A DNA stretch of 64,000 nucleotides from Nymphaea colorata (GCF_008831285.2 NC_045138.2:2790001-2854000); one strand, 5' to 3'. Positions 1 to 13,743 are shown, counted from the first letter of the stretch. Program-made: numbers and translations. The notes: generated by a model from the letters alone, not told the origin.

Positions 1-1370
1 TTTCTGCATATGGATCAAAGATGCCATTGCAGTCCCCTGCATTTTTGAGATTATGTAAGCGATGAAGCAAACTGTAAATGTAACTATTTAATTGTCATAA
101 AACTGGAAACACAAACCTCTACCACGTCAACCACAACTAATCCTTGCAAATTTGAAATCATTTTCTTCGCCGACAAATGCACAGCAACAGATCCTCCCAT
201 GCTGCAATCAAATCTCAAGAAATTAATATCAGCCTTTGTTTCATACTCACTTTTGCGGGAAGGATATACTTATTATATAAAGGAACGAATAAGTGTCAGC
301 ATGAACATAAAGCATGTTATTTTCTCATTTGGTCAGCAAGAAGGATTGTGATTACAGGGCATAACTTGTTGAAGCCAGGGTTAGAAGATAACTAAACTTA
401 GATGGCGACATCATACTTTTCACTGAAGAGAACACATCATGACTCAGATGAAACAAAACATAAACTTAATGAATACCCATAAGAACTTTCTTCATGCTTC
501 ATAGATCTCATAAGCACATTCACACGTGTGTAAACAAACAAATATTCAAGAGAACCACTATAGCAAATGAGACTTTCCAGAACTTATAAAATACTGCCTT
601 TGTCAGTCACTGGTTTTCCAAGGGAAATTTTGACACAACTTGGTAATGAAAAGCACTTAAATGTTCGATCCCCGTCCTCTAAAAAATGTACCTTTTTTTG
701 CCATTTCCTAAAGACATTATTGCAAGAGTAGAGTTTATAAGTTTCTGATGTGAGTCTATCCGACAAAATTTGTGAGAAAATGAAATTTCTGTAATCATCA
801 TAAAGTTATACTTGAATTGTGTCCAAAAAAGACATTATCATCACCAAAGCTTATAATACATGAATCACCTCATATGGGCACTACCTGGCTTCAGTATAAT
901 TAACAAGCTATTTTTTTAAGGCAAGCTATCAAGATAATCATTTTCTTAAAGTCATCTTCCAAAAACATGATTTGCTAGACCTTTGCTGAACCTTAGTAGG
1001 TAGCTAATAAAGTTATTTTGAAAAAATTGTCTGAAGTTCTCTATGCCTATAATAAAAACAGAAATTCAGGGAACCCCAGAAGGAAATCAATAACAAATGC
1101 TCTCTAACCAATAGAAGCATATCCTGCTTGCTCAGATTACTACTGGAACACATGGTTTGAAAGCCAGTACTCAGGACTTTGACTTGAATCTCAAGTCAAC
1201 TCGGTGACTTGGCCTAGTTTTGAAGACTTCACTTTTTGCATGGTAATGGTGTTTTTCATTTATGATATCGTTGATATATTATACATAATATGTATAATAA
1301 TGTGTATGCTTATATAAAGTATAAACTGCAAATTTTATTAACCTGTTTGCTACAATATACATAATCCAGC

Positions 1371-1402
<32 letters not shown>

Positions 1403-4086
1403 CAATTTCCAAAGTTTATCTGTGTAACATACACACTTAACATTGTATATATGGAGTGACATAATAAAACCAACTAGTAACTCTGTTGACTCACCAAAGC
1501 TCAGCTGACCCAGCTGAAACTCGGATAACATGGCCAGATCTTGTTAGTTCCTGGTTTTTCTATTTCTTTGGCCATGTTGAGAACCACGTCACAGAGTCAA
1601 CGTGGTGAAGCTTTAATCACTGGAACCGTCCCCTTTTACTAGGAGAATGGAACTTTTTCATTGCCGTACTTCCCTTGGACTTCTTCTATTCATCCAACCA
1701 TTACAGACCTCATGTGAGACTGTCCCAATTTATTAGATTTCTTTAACAAGGAAATGAATGTAAAAAAAAAATAAGGAATATAAAAGATACAAGCATATCA
1801 AAACATTATCATGACTATTTTCTCCCTAGTTCCTCAAGTCTGATTTATAGCAAATTGGTATGTTGATAGCCACAACACGTAGTAAAGAGGACGAACCTGT
1901 GTCCAACCAGCACAATTGCAGGAAATGAATCACCATACAACACCTTCAAAACACTCACCACATCAGAGCAAAGGGTCTGCCAAAAATAGCCATGATCAGT
2001 AATTTATTGTTGAAGGATGTTGGCAAGTAGAAGATAGATAATCACCTCTATAGATAAGTCCCAGTCATTTTCGGTGAATGACTTCCCATGTCCTCTAAGA
2101 TCCATGGCTACAACCCGAGCATTCTTCTTGATCTGACTTGCAGACAAGGCAAAGGAAAGCCTGGCAAGCAGAATTATAGTACGACATCAGAATAAAGAGA
2201 AAAGAAACCAAATCAACCCAACTCTGATCAATCAACTTTTTTGAAAAATCAGTTTGCTTGTTTGTAGTTTCATATGTAGGGCTAGCTAACATCAAAGAGC
2301 ATTTGTTAGTTTGCTTGACTGGCATTCTTGTGGAATGCAGCACCACTAAGGTGGCAAATTTACTTTTTCGAGCTTTTGAATTGTTGAGCACTTAAGACAG
2401 TATACATGATCAAAATGAGAGACTTGCTTTGGAGATCCACATGTCTGAATGGTACTACACGGCAGAGTACACAAACAGGAGCAATGTCATCACTCAGGAA
2501 CAAATGTTATTTGAATATAAATGCAGGTAATTAAAGCACTAGATATTTGACAAAGGAAAGCAATGAAAGCAGAAAAACATCATTACCCAGTATATCCACC
2601 CCCATGAATACAAAAAACAACAGGTCCATCGGATCCAGCAGAATATACATGGAAGACCTGGAAATGAAATTAGATTAAAAATGTGTTGTTTGATTCAGAG
2701 CTTTACATCAAACAATCACTAGGACTATTGGCTACTTACATCTGTTGTTCCAGGAATAGTAACATCTTCCTCTTTGTCAAAATACCCCGACCATTCCAGC
2801 GGTCCATACTTTTGAAGTGGAGTTCTATATTCACAACACAACAAGATAAATAAACCATTAACAAACATAATTTCTAAGAGAGAAAAGTTGATCAACAACA
2901 ATTTTGGCTTAAGTACACAGAAGTTGTCCCATTCCTTTTTTATTTAATCCTGTTTCCTACAATTAAAATTTGCACCAGTCATATAAGGATATTGGTATGA
3001 GATACTTGCAAACTACTTTTTGGTGAAACAAAGTAAAATTTTGTGTAACATGGGAGAAGCAAGTTGCTTAAACAAAATATTCAATTAAGCAGGGAAAAAA
3101 TGTGAAGGAGCAACATGGTTACATGGTTCTACATGTGAAGAAGACAAATAATATCTTGAATATTCAATCCTTGCTGAGAGACAAGGTAGCGAGGAAGGAT
3201 TTTGATCCCCTCAAGAAGTCCCTGGAATTAACTGTAATAAAAGAAAGACATTTTGGATCTGTCCATGGCAAGTGAATTTAGGTTTTACAGTATGTCTGTT
3301 TTGCATTTTTTCTTCCATATACATATCAACTGCATTTCTCCCCTCTGTTGCTCCAGCATTGGAAGCATTTTATGAAATGGCAATGACGCAGATGATCCGT
3401 TCAAGTTCAGCCTTCTCCAAACGATGGCTAAGGTTGACCTGAACTTCTTAATCAAAACAATTATGACAAGCATATTGATGATGATGATGACAAATGAAAC
3501 TGATGATCACGATGGTGCCAAAGCTGCTGATGACAATGACGACAATAATGATGCACCTACGTTACTTTTCACTTCTTGATAATCGAAATTAGTTAATTTA
3601 ACCAATTTGCGAGAGTTTTCTTCTGTAGCTTCAGCGATTCCACAAGCTCAAACATGAAAGTCCAACGACGGCAATCAAAAGCATACTGAACAGTGGAAGC
3701 TCAGGGATCACACAAACGACATTCAATAGCCGATCCAAAGGTATCAAACATCAACCTTTCTCTTCTTCTCCTTTCTTCTCGAAGTATGCAGGAAAAGAAC
3801 AGAAAACTGACTACATCGTAACTCCAAAATCAGAGATAATTCTAATCTGGAAAACGATTCAAGGACAATGATCACGAATTGGAGACTTCTCCTGTAACCT
3901 CCGACGTTCGACGAAATGAAACCACGCAAACGAAAGGAAGTCAAACGCAAAAAATAAAAGAAAAAGGGAAAGATCGTACTGAATCGGCGGACGATCGGGG
4001 ACTGAAGAGAAGGCCGACGGAGGAGGGTTCGGCGGCGACTCTTCTTCAGCGTCCTCGGGGAGAGAGGAGAGTTCCTTGGCGTCCAT
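1..4086 (-). CDS. PME1: Protein phosphatase methylesterase 1 (alpha/beta hydrolase); 5' part, runs off the left edge
   Basis: GT-AG exons 4086-3980, 2824-2740, 2657-2587, 2160-2046, 1976-1897, 201-117 and 36-1 splice in frame. They give MDAKELSS...KYGPLEWSGYFDKEEDV...VFHVYSAGSDGPVVFCIHGGGYTGLSFAL...RVVAMDLRGHGKS...AIVLVGHSMGGSVAV...GLVVVDVVEGTAMASLIHMQK. The HGGG oxyanion motif, GHSMGG nucleophile elbow and DVVEGTA motif are typical of PME-1. Confidence 0.95.
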
Positions 4087-5674
4087 GACTTCGATTTCGA
4101 TCTCACGAGATTCGCTTCGACCCCTCAACGGGAACGGGACAAGCCTAATTTTCGCGCGAAATGGGAACTCGAAACGAGAACGCACAAAAGTAAATTGAAA
4201 GCAACGGGCGTAACCTGCTTTTATAGCCCCGGAACCGATACGAACAAATTCCCATGGGCATCCGAACTGGTACGATCAAATTCCTGAAGGAACCCGCAGC
4301 GATACGTGCAAATTTTCGGTCATCCAAACCGATGCGATCGAATTCCTATGGGGATCCGAATCGTGGGATAAATGCTCGTAGTCCGATTCGAATCGATTCC
4401 ACCAGGAAACTGTGCATTGGTAGATTCGCTTACGGCTTATTTTACGCTTTTCATAGCATTTAATAATATTATTATTCTTTTCCAACCAATTCAAGTCCCT
4501 TTAATTTTTTGACATATTTACAATATTTTAAATTAAAAAAAATCAAAACTTTAACTTGCAATTTCTATTCAATTAAATAATTAAAAAACTCTTAATTTTA
4601 AAGGCATAACAAAAACATGTGCTAAATTTCAATTTGCTTATATTCTAAACTCCTCTTTGCTACTCAAAAATATGGTAAATTTTTAAAAAACTAAAAGTAG
4701 GAGAAAAATAAAATAAGTGAGAAACTGATAACATTATATTTGCAACAAGTACAAAATAAAAAATTAAAAAAACGTTTGGCATTAAAAAAATAAAAAAATG
4801 AAAAAAAGTGAAAAAACACATTAAAAACACGCTTTTTTGTTGTTAACATTGTTTAAAAAAAAATGTGTTTTTCTAAGTTTTAAATGTCATTTAATTTATA
4901 GCATTTTTTTAAAGTTTTATTAAAAAAAGTAACGCATTTATGTGACAAATTGCATTGGAAGTTGCATAGAGAATGTTTGTTTCTTTACCTTTGTTGCTTT
5001 TACCTTCTTCCTCTCCAACTCCATCCCATGCTGTCAAGCCAAGAAGAATGTTTATAGGGAACATCTTCCAATCCTATCACACACTCGGCAAAAATGGAAT
5101 GGGAAGGAAATTTCTCATTCCATTTTCCTGGAAATAAGTTTCCATGATCTTATTTCTCGTTCCATATCTCTAGTCCATCAAACAGCCCTTAAAAGGGTGT
5201 TGGGATGACACCTTCTTAAAATCGGGTTTTGTGTAAACCTGATTTCTCTGCTTGGATGACAATAGAAAACAAAAACTTGGTTTTAAAATTGAATGTTAAA
5301 TACAGCAAAATGATAGTTGAACAAATACAATTGCCTGTTATGCTACCACTAATAAACTTTGTCGACCAATCTTCATTAAGGCATCTAGATTTTAAAATTA
5401 CCTTTGACTATCATTCCTTGATTAAAATCACCTTAAGGCAGGGTTTATTCACAAAATTCTACCAAACGATCATCAGGATCCTTTGATTTTTCTCAGCATA
5501 GACGTAAAACTGTACCGCGCATTGTTTATCAAAGCTAGTTATGTACGTTGTACTGTGCACAAAAATTTGATGGGCCATTATGGGTTAATGACAAAAATGT
5601 CTTTACTCAATATAAGAAGGAAACCTTTTATAAAGATGTAAAAAGAAATCGAAAAAAAGTAAAAAACTCAAAAA

Positions 5675-5714
<40 letters not shown>

Positions 5715-5829
5715 TGTGTATATGTGTTGCATGCACCAGGCGCACATGCGACTCACTTCTCTGTACACTTGTCATCAAAAGGGAGGGGGCACCTTTCAAC
5801 CCCTCTCATCTTAAGTGATGATATATAAT

Positions 5830-6080
5830 TAGGCTCCGGCATCGGCCTAGCTCGATAAGAACCGGGTCTGGGTCAGCTTGATGTCCAAAACTTGGATTTG
5901 ATGCTCGAAACCCGAGCCTGGAACCAGCGCGGCCCGATTAAAAAAACTATTTTTAAATGTAAAATAAATTATATATATAATATATTTTTAATAATAAAAT
6001 ATACTTTATTAATAAAATTAAAAAAATAAATTTTAACGGGCCTACCGAACCCCGTCGGGCTAACGTGGGCCGGACCGATA
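5830..6080. mobile_element. Degenerate MITE related to the 22876/50506 hAT-MITE family
   Basis: GC-rich gcccg/cgggc arms around an AT-rich core (ccgattaaaa...ttttaaataataaaatata) shared with 22876-23175. No clean TSD seen. Confidence 0.5.
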
Positions 6081-6591
6081 TGATATATTTTCCCCTTTTG
6101 CCACATGAATACCTCAGAAAGTTTACAAAAGAAATTACTTTTTAACTCTATTTTGACAAAAAGACCGTTTTAATTTAATTAGCAGAAGCATTTTGGTCAC
6201 ATCTTCAACACATGGTCACAAGATTTGGTCAAGGGAGGAAACTTTTCTTTGATCCTTACAATTAATAATGTTTAAGCTTTAAAAGAATGTTATCGGTGGG
6301 AAACCGATACCACGTGTCAATTTTTAACCATTCTTAAAAATAATTCCATAGTTATTTTATTTTATTTATTATTTATACAAATTTTCATTTTGTTTTTTAA
6401 ATTGACTTTTTATATAATTCTTAGCCAATTTACAACCGATTCAGACTGGGTGATAAATTATATTTTGATAAATGTTGTTAAAGAAAAAATTATACAAAAC
6501 GCCCAGCTCTTTATGTATTTACCAAGAAGCTAATATAGTTAAATTTACACATAATGACAAAAGAAAAAGGGTTTGATTCATTTGTTAGAAG

Positions 6592-6903
6592 CATAGTCAC
6601 AAATAACGTTTTAGAGTTTTAAACCGTAAGGTTTTTCTCGAGTATAATCCAGCTTAAAAAAATGAAAAAAATGAGAGAAACACGGTAAAATTTAAAAAAA
6701 AAAAAGGAACATAAAATAAAACGAGAAAATAATAATACAAACGTCAAAAGATATTAAAAAATAAAAAGTAAAAAATCGAAAAAACAAGTTAAAATGCGTT
6801 TTTTTAAGTTTTTTAAAAAATTGTGTTTTCTAAAATTTTAAATGACAATTTAATTTATCGCATTTTTTTGGGTTTTTTAAAAAAAAACTTTTTTGTGACT
6901 ATG
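6592..6903. mobile_element. AT-rich MITE with TIR CATAGTCACAAA
   Basis: Starts catagtcacaaa and ends tttgtgactatg. Near-colinear copy at 49501-49784 and a partial copy at about 4670-4945. TSD not recognisable. Confidence 0.7.
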
Positions 6904-7287
6904 CATATAAACGTACAAAATACAAAGGCCTTGCTACCGTTATAATGTTGCATGCCTAACAAAGAACCAATAAGTAGATGAATAGAATAATAAAGCATCT
7001 ACGTGGTTAAGTGTGCATGCATGTGCATGTCCATGTAACGTTTACATCTAACTAACTGCTTAAAGCCACAAAAGTTTTTTTTTTTTTTTTGAAGTTATAT
7101 ATGCTTATGCTAATAATTGATGCACATTTGCATGCAACATAAATGATACATGCGATGCAATTCACAAACCAAATCATACCTCAAAATCAAATATCTCCAT
7201 GAACTAGAAAAAATTAGTGTTAAAGAGTCCTACATGCATGTTAAAGAGCTCATATATTCAATAAGAATAATGACACATGCAACCTAG

Positions 7288-7459
7288 CAGTGGCAGATTT
7301 GGGATTTTTTGGTTGAGAGGGGCGCCAGTCACCAGCAAAGTCCTGATATGAGCACCCCCCTTTAATCATAGCAGTGTAGTTAAGAATTTTTAAAATGAAA
7401 TTTTTGATGAACTGGTGTGGGGAATAGTCCACACCAGCTCCCATGTATCTCTGCCACTG
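7288..7459. mobile_element. Short MITE with TIR CAGTGGCAGA
   Basis: Perfect 10-bp terminal inverted repeat cagtggcaga...tctgccactg. Layout resembles the 11539 element. TSD decayed. Confidence 0.6.
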
Positions 7460-8516
7460 TAATGCAGCATAATTCTTTCAAATAAAGAAAGAAATAATAA
7501 AAGCAAAAAGGGCTCTCATGCAAGTTTAAGAAGAGACATAAGAACCATGATAACTAATTATCCTTGAGAAGATTTCCATAGTTAAGCTTTGCCTGGAGGC
7601 TAATTGGCTGCAAATAGTACTTGGACATTGGTAACTATTGCAGGGGAAACTCATCACCTCTATCAAAGGCATGCCTAACATGACATGCTATTTTGTGTAG
7701 CTTCATTAACATATAAAAGAGGCACTTCAAAAGGTCATTTAGCGGCAGGAACACTTGTTAATGTCCAATGATTCTACCCAAAAGATGAGGGCAAATTAAT
7801 CATGGGATGCTAGTTCTAGTGTTCCATAAGTCTACTTAAATCTCTCAGGCAGAATATCGGGTACTCACATAATGTCCTTGTTGCCAAACGACCTCCAAGG
7901 AAACAAGCAAGAAAAACCTTCACTACATTGGGTGCTTAGGTAAGGATGCATAATTCAAACCCCAAACAATGAGAGGTTAATTGCTCGAATCAAGTAGTTT
8001 AAGAACATGCATGTGGGTCCCACTAAGAGTTACAGATCAGACATAACGTGTTCTTTTACAGAAGATACAACCTAGGATACTAAATATCACCTGCTTCAAT
8101 GATTCAATGACTCACCAGAAACCTGCTGCCAAACAGAGTTTAACAAACTCTACCTAACATATTTCTCTAAATAGGACTGCATCACAAGTCTTATTTAGAA
8201 CACTACAACAGACGAATGCCACAAGAAAAATGCTCATTACACAAATCTTGACGACATCGACCACACCTGCAACATCCAACGCCGTCTAAAGAAAGCAAAT
8301 GGCTGTTATAAAGTTTCAGAGTCCATGATATATTGTACAAAAATGTAAAAAGGAATTATAGAGTAACACCTAACAATAGTGGATTAACCGACAACTTCAG
8401 AGTTTGTGTCTATTGGGAGCCGAAAACTCCAAAGTAGTGGCAATGATCTGACCACTTCAGGGTTTGTGTCTTATGAGAGCTAGAAGCAACAAAGTAGTGG
8501 CAATGACCTGATCACT

Positions 8517-9851
8517 TTCGAGATTGTGTCTGTAGAATTTGTGTTTGATACGAGCTCATCTACAACTAATAACAACTTGCCAAACATGAAACAGTTCGTT
8601 AGAAGGTATGTGCCAAGTCCAAACACAAGCACTGATCCTGTCCATTTCGATAAACTAGAACCAAATGTACACGGAACTTGAAACCCAAGATTATAAAATC
8701 ATACCTCCCATTTTAGGATGAAACTCCCACAAACATGCTTCTTTGCACTAATTTACCATATTAAAGGTTGTTATTCACCATTTTTTCTATTAAAGGGGAT
8801 GGTCCAAAAAGGTGTATCTACTTTTATTATTGGTTACATGGGAGAACACGTAAATGCGTTTCACCAACAATCAAGTCCAATTCAAAAACAACAACTGAAA
8901 TGATACAAATAATTTCTACTACTCTTTTAAATGTAATATTTTCAAATGTTTGAAGACTACATTCGAGATTGTATCTGTAGAATTTGTGTTTGATACGAGC
9001 TCATCTACAACTAATAACAACTTGCCAAACATGAAACAGTTCGTTAGAAGGTATGTGCCAAGTCCAAACACAAGCACTGATCCTGTCCATTTCTATAAAC
9101 TAGAACCAAATGTACACGGAACTTGAAACCCAAGATTATAAAATCATACCTCCCATTTTAGGAGGAAACTCCCACAAACATGCTTCTTTGCACTAATTTA
9201 CCATATTAAAGGTTGTTATTCACCATTTTTTCTATTAAAGGGGATGGTCCAAAAAGGTGTATCTACTTTTATTATTGGTTACATGGGAGAACACGTAAAT
9301 GCGTTTCACCAACAATCAAGTCCAATTCAAAAACAACAACTGAAATGATACAAATAATTTCTACTACTCTTTTAAATGTAATATTTTCAAATGTTTGAAG
9401 ACTACATTCGAGATTGTGTCTGTAGAATTTGTGTTTGATACGAGCTCATCTACAACTAATAACAACTTGCCAAACATGAAACAGTTCGTTAGAAGGTATG
9501 TGCCAAGTCCAAACACAAGCACTGATCCTGTCCATTTCCATAAACTAGAACCAAATGTACACGGAACTTGAAACCCAAGATTATAAAATCATACCTCCCA
9601 TTTTAGGAGGAAACTCCCACAAACATGCTTCTTTGCACTAATTTACCATATTAAAGGTTGTTATTCACCATTTTTTCTATTAAAGGGGATGGTCCAAAAA
9701 GGTGTATCTACTTTTATTATTGGTTACATAGGAGAACACGTAAATGCTTTTCACCAACAATCAAGTCCAATTAAAAAACAACAACTGAAATGATACAAAT
9801 AATTTCTACTACTCTTTTAAATGTAATATTTTCAAATGTTTGAAGACTACA
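8517..9851. repeat. Near-identical 445-bp triple tandem duplication of the array spacer
   Basis: ttcgagattg starts at 8517, 8962 and 9407. Identical 61-aa ORFs at 8768 and 9213 are 445 bp apart. Confidence 0.95.
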
Positions 9852-9894
9852 TAACTATAAAGTTGTACATGAGCATTTAACAACAAATAAAGTG

Positions 9895-11379
9895 CTAGAG
9901 CTTCTGTCTCTCATCAAACACACTCTATAGACACAAACTTTGAAGTGGTTGGGTCATTGCCACTACTTTAGAGCTCTTGACTCTCATCAAACATGGGCTC
10001 TATAGACACAAACGGTGAAGTGGTTGGGTCATTGCCAACAATTTGGAGCCCTTGACTCTCATCAAACACAAACTCTACAGGCACAAACTATGAAATGGTC
10101 GGGTCATTGCGACCATTTTGAAGCTCTTGACTCTCATCGGACATAGACTCTACAAACACAAACTCTCAAGTGGTCAGGTCATCGCCACCACTTTGGAGCT
10201 CCTTGCTCTTATCAAACACCAACTTTACAAACAAAAACTTTGAAGAGGTCGGGTCGTTGCCACCACTTTGGATCTCCTGTTTATCATCAATGACAAACTC
10301 TACAAAGTTCTGAGGTGGTCGGGTCATTGCCATTACTTTGGAGCTCTTGGCTCTTATGAGGCACAGTCTCTACAAACACAGACTCTGAAGTCGTCGAGTC
10401 ATTGCCACCACTTTGACCATATCCTTTAGCAGTTCTATTTAGTTCAAATGAAGTTATGGTGGTTCCGTATACTATTGCAAGTGATTCTTCAACGATAAGT
10501 TAAACAAGAACGACAACCAAAACTATCATGCTGGCCAACATCGCCAAGAATGCCAAAAACTCAACTAACACACACCCCAAACTCTTCGAAATTAGTAAGA
10601 CAAGTGAACACAAAATGATGATTCTAACGTAGAACAATTCTGTCACCACAAAAATCAACGTCTGAATCCGCTATTTGAGGCTTCCGTCAGTAACCACGGC
10701 AACTCTTCTCCTAGTCCGCAAAAGAATGATGTTAAATACCAATGCAAATAGCCCCTGAAAGAGAGAGTTCATGAATGAGTTTATGCACGTCAATACAATG
10801 TGTCTATGGTGAGGGTCAACCTATTCAACTCGAGCATAGTAAGCCTTCATTATGTATCATATCAGTTTGCGTAGATCACTTTTACGTAGATCATGGACAA
10901 ACTCTTGGAGTTGAATGAGTGATATTTACACCAAAAATAATTGTAGTGTGAACAAGATTACTTTTGTGATGGCTTTGGTGTTGCACAACACCTCATGTCC
11001 TGCATATGGAAAAGAATTGTGAAGTATTATTAGCAGCGCTAAGAAAAAGTTTGGCACTACGAGTCCAAAGGTCGAAACTATGTAGAAGCTGCAAGCATTC
11101 AACTGCATCTCTTGATGCTAGAAAAGAAATATTCTCAACTTCAATACAGTTATATTGGTACTCAATATTTCACTCATTCTCTACCAAATGTAGAGCACTA
11201 TGGGAGCATCACGAAAAATAGACGTATCTTTGAAGTACATTAATTGATGCGAAAATTGTTGGTTGCATTGGAGACGAAGGTGAATCACTAGAACGCCACA
11301 ATTGACGAAATGACCTAAGAAAAATGCTCATTACACAAATATTAATGACATCGACCACTCGTACAACAACCAACACCAT
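9895..11379 (-). pseudogene. Cand1/At1g57680-like 7-TM gene with 25-aa repeat tail, full-length decayed copy A
   Basis: ATG at 11379. Fragments include MQLNACSFYIVSTFGLVVPNFFLALL, CINSFMNSLFQGLFALVF and VLVEFLAFLAMLA, followed by QSGGNDPTTSEFVFVES-type repeats. Several stops and a frameshift near 11310. Confidence 0.8.
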
Positions 11380-11538
11380 ATGAAGAAAGCAAATGGCCGT
11401 TATAAAGTTTCAGAGTCCATCATATATTGTACAAAAATGTAAGAAAAAATTACAGAGTAACACCTAACAATACCAGATTAACCGACAACTTCAGAGTTTG
11501 CGTCTAGTGGGAGCCAAGAGCTCCAAAGTGGTGGCAAT

Positions 11539-11708
11539 CAGGGGCAGGCCAAACAATCTACGGGTCAGACCAAGAGGAGCGATAGGTCAGGCCAAGAGGA
11601 GCAACTGGTCGGGCCAAACAAAAAAAAAATAGATTTTTTAAATATAATTTTTTTCCCTATGCTCACCCTGGCCAGGGCCCAGGCGGGCCCCCCCTCCCTC
11701 CGCCCGTG
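11539..11708. mobile_element. hAT-type MITE inserted in one array unit
   Basis: 8-bp TSD gtggcaat at 11531-11538 and 11709-11716. Imperfect TIR caggggcagg...ctccgcccgtg. Absent at the equivalent position of sister units (about 8440, 13885, 16975). Confidence 0.9.
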
Positions 11709-12280
11709 GTGGCAATGATCCGACCACTTTAGAGTTTGTGTCTGATGAGAGCTAGAAGCAATAAAGTAGTGGCAATGACCTGACCACTTCCAAGATTGTG
11801 TCTGTAGAGTCTGTGTTTGATACGAGCTCGTCTACAACTGCGGAGTCATTGTCAAACATGAAACTACTCGTTAGAAGGTATGTGCCAAGTCCAAACACAA
11901 GCACGCACTGATCGTGTCCATTTTCGTAAACTAGAACCAAATATACACGGAACTTAAAACCCGAAATTGCAAAATCATACCTCTTATTTTAAGAGAAAAT
12001 TCCCACAAGCATGTTCCTTTGCACTAATTTACCATATTAAAGGCTGTTATTTACCAATTTTTCAATTAAAGGGGATGGTCCAAAAGAATGTATCTGCTTT
12101 TATTATTGGTTACATAGGAGAACAATTAAATGCTTTTCACCAATAATCAAGTCCAATGCAAAAACAACAACTGAAATGAAACAAATAATTTGTACTGTTT
12201 TTTTAAATACAATATTTTCAAATGTTCGAAGACTACATAGCTATAAAATTGTACATGAGCAATTAGCAACGAATAAAGTG

Positions 12281-13743
12281 CTATTGTCTCTCATCAAACA
12301 CACTTTATAGACACAAACTTTGAAGTGGTTGGGTCATTGCCACTACTTTGGAACTCTTGGCTCTCATCAAACATGGGCTCTACAGACACAAACGTTGAAG
12401 TGGTTGGGTCGTTGCCAACACTTTGGAGCCTTTGACTCTCATCAAACACAGGCTCTACAAGGACAAACTCTGAAGTGGTCTGGTAGCTGCTACCACTTTG
12501 AATCTCTTGACTCTCATCGAACGTAGACTCTACAAACACAAACTCTCAAGTGGTCGGGTTATTGCCACCACCGTGGAGTCCCTTTCTCTCATCAAATACA
12601 GACTCTACAAACACAAACTCTAAAGTGCTCGTCTCATTGCCCCCACATTGGAGCTCCTCTTTCTCATTAAGCACAGACTCTACAGTCACAAGCTCTAAGG
12701 TGGTCGGGTAGTTGCCATTACTTAGGAGATCTTGGCTCTCATGAGGCACAGACAATACAAACACAGACTCTGAAGTCATCGAGTCATTGCCCCCACTTTG
12801 ACCATATCCTGTAGCAGTTTTCTATTTAGTTCAAGTTAAGCTGTGGTGGTTTGGTATACCGTTGCAAGTGATTATTCAACGATAAGTTCAACAAAAACGA
12901 CAACCACAACTATCATGTAGGCCAACATCGCCAAGAATGCCAATAACTCAACTAACACATACCCCAAGCTCTTCAGAATTAGTGAGACAAGTGAACACAT
13001 AATGATGATTCTAACATGGAACAATGCTGCCACCACAAAAATCAACAACTGAATCCTCCATTTGAGGCTTCTGTCAGTAACCACGACAACTCTTCTCCTA
13101 GTCTGCAAAAGAATGATGTTGAATACCAATGCAAATAGCCCTTGAAAGAGATAGTTCATGAAAGGGTTTATGCACGTCAATACAATGTGTCTACGGTGAG
13201 GGTCAACCCATTCAAATCGAGCGTAGTAGGCCTTCGTTATGTATCCTATTAGTTTGCGTATATCACTCTTATGTAGATCATGGACAAGCTCTTGGAGTTG
13301 AAAGTGTGATATTTACACCAAGAATGATTGTAGTGTGAACAAGATTACTCTTGTGATGGCTTTGGTGTTGCTCAACACCTCATGTCCAGCATATGGAAAA
13401 GAACTATGAAGTATTATTAACAGCGCTAAGAAGAAATTTGGCACTGCGAGTCCAAAGGTCAAAACAATGTAGAAGCTGCAAGCATTCAACTGCATCTCTT
13501 GATACTAGAAAAGAAATATTCTCAACTTAAATACAGTTATATTGGTACTCAAGATTTCACTCTTTCTCTACCAAATGTAGAGCACTAAATACCTTTGACG
13601 TACATTAATTGATGCAAAAATTGTTGGCTGCAATGGAGACGAAGGCGAATCACTAGAACGCCACAATTGACGAATGCCGCAAGAAAAATGCTCATTACAC
13701 AAATCTTAACGACATCGACCACACGTGCGACATCCAATGCCAT
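12281..13743 (-). pseudogene. Cand1-like 7-TM gene with repeat tail, copy B
   Basis: ATG at 13743. ORF fragments 13313-13495, 12872-13180, 12546-12779 and 12294-12539 are consecutive parts of one interrupted reading frame. Confidence 0.8.

Noticed and set aside
3285..3473. ORF or poison exon in PME1 intron 1
   Set aside because: Only an acceptor-like site and a short frame. The flanking exons already splice in frame without it.
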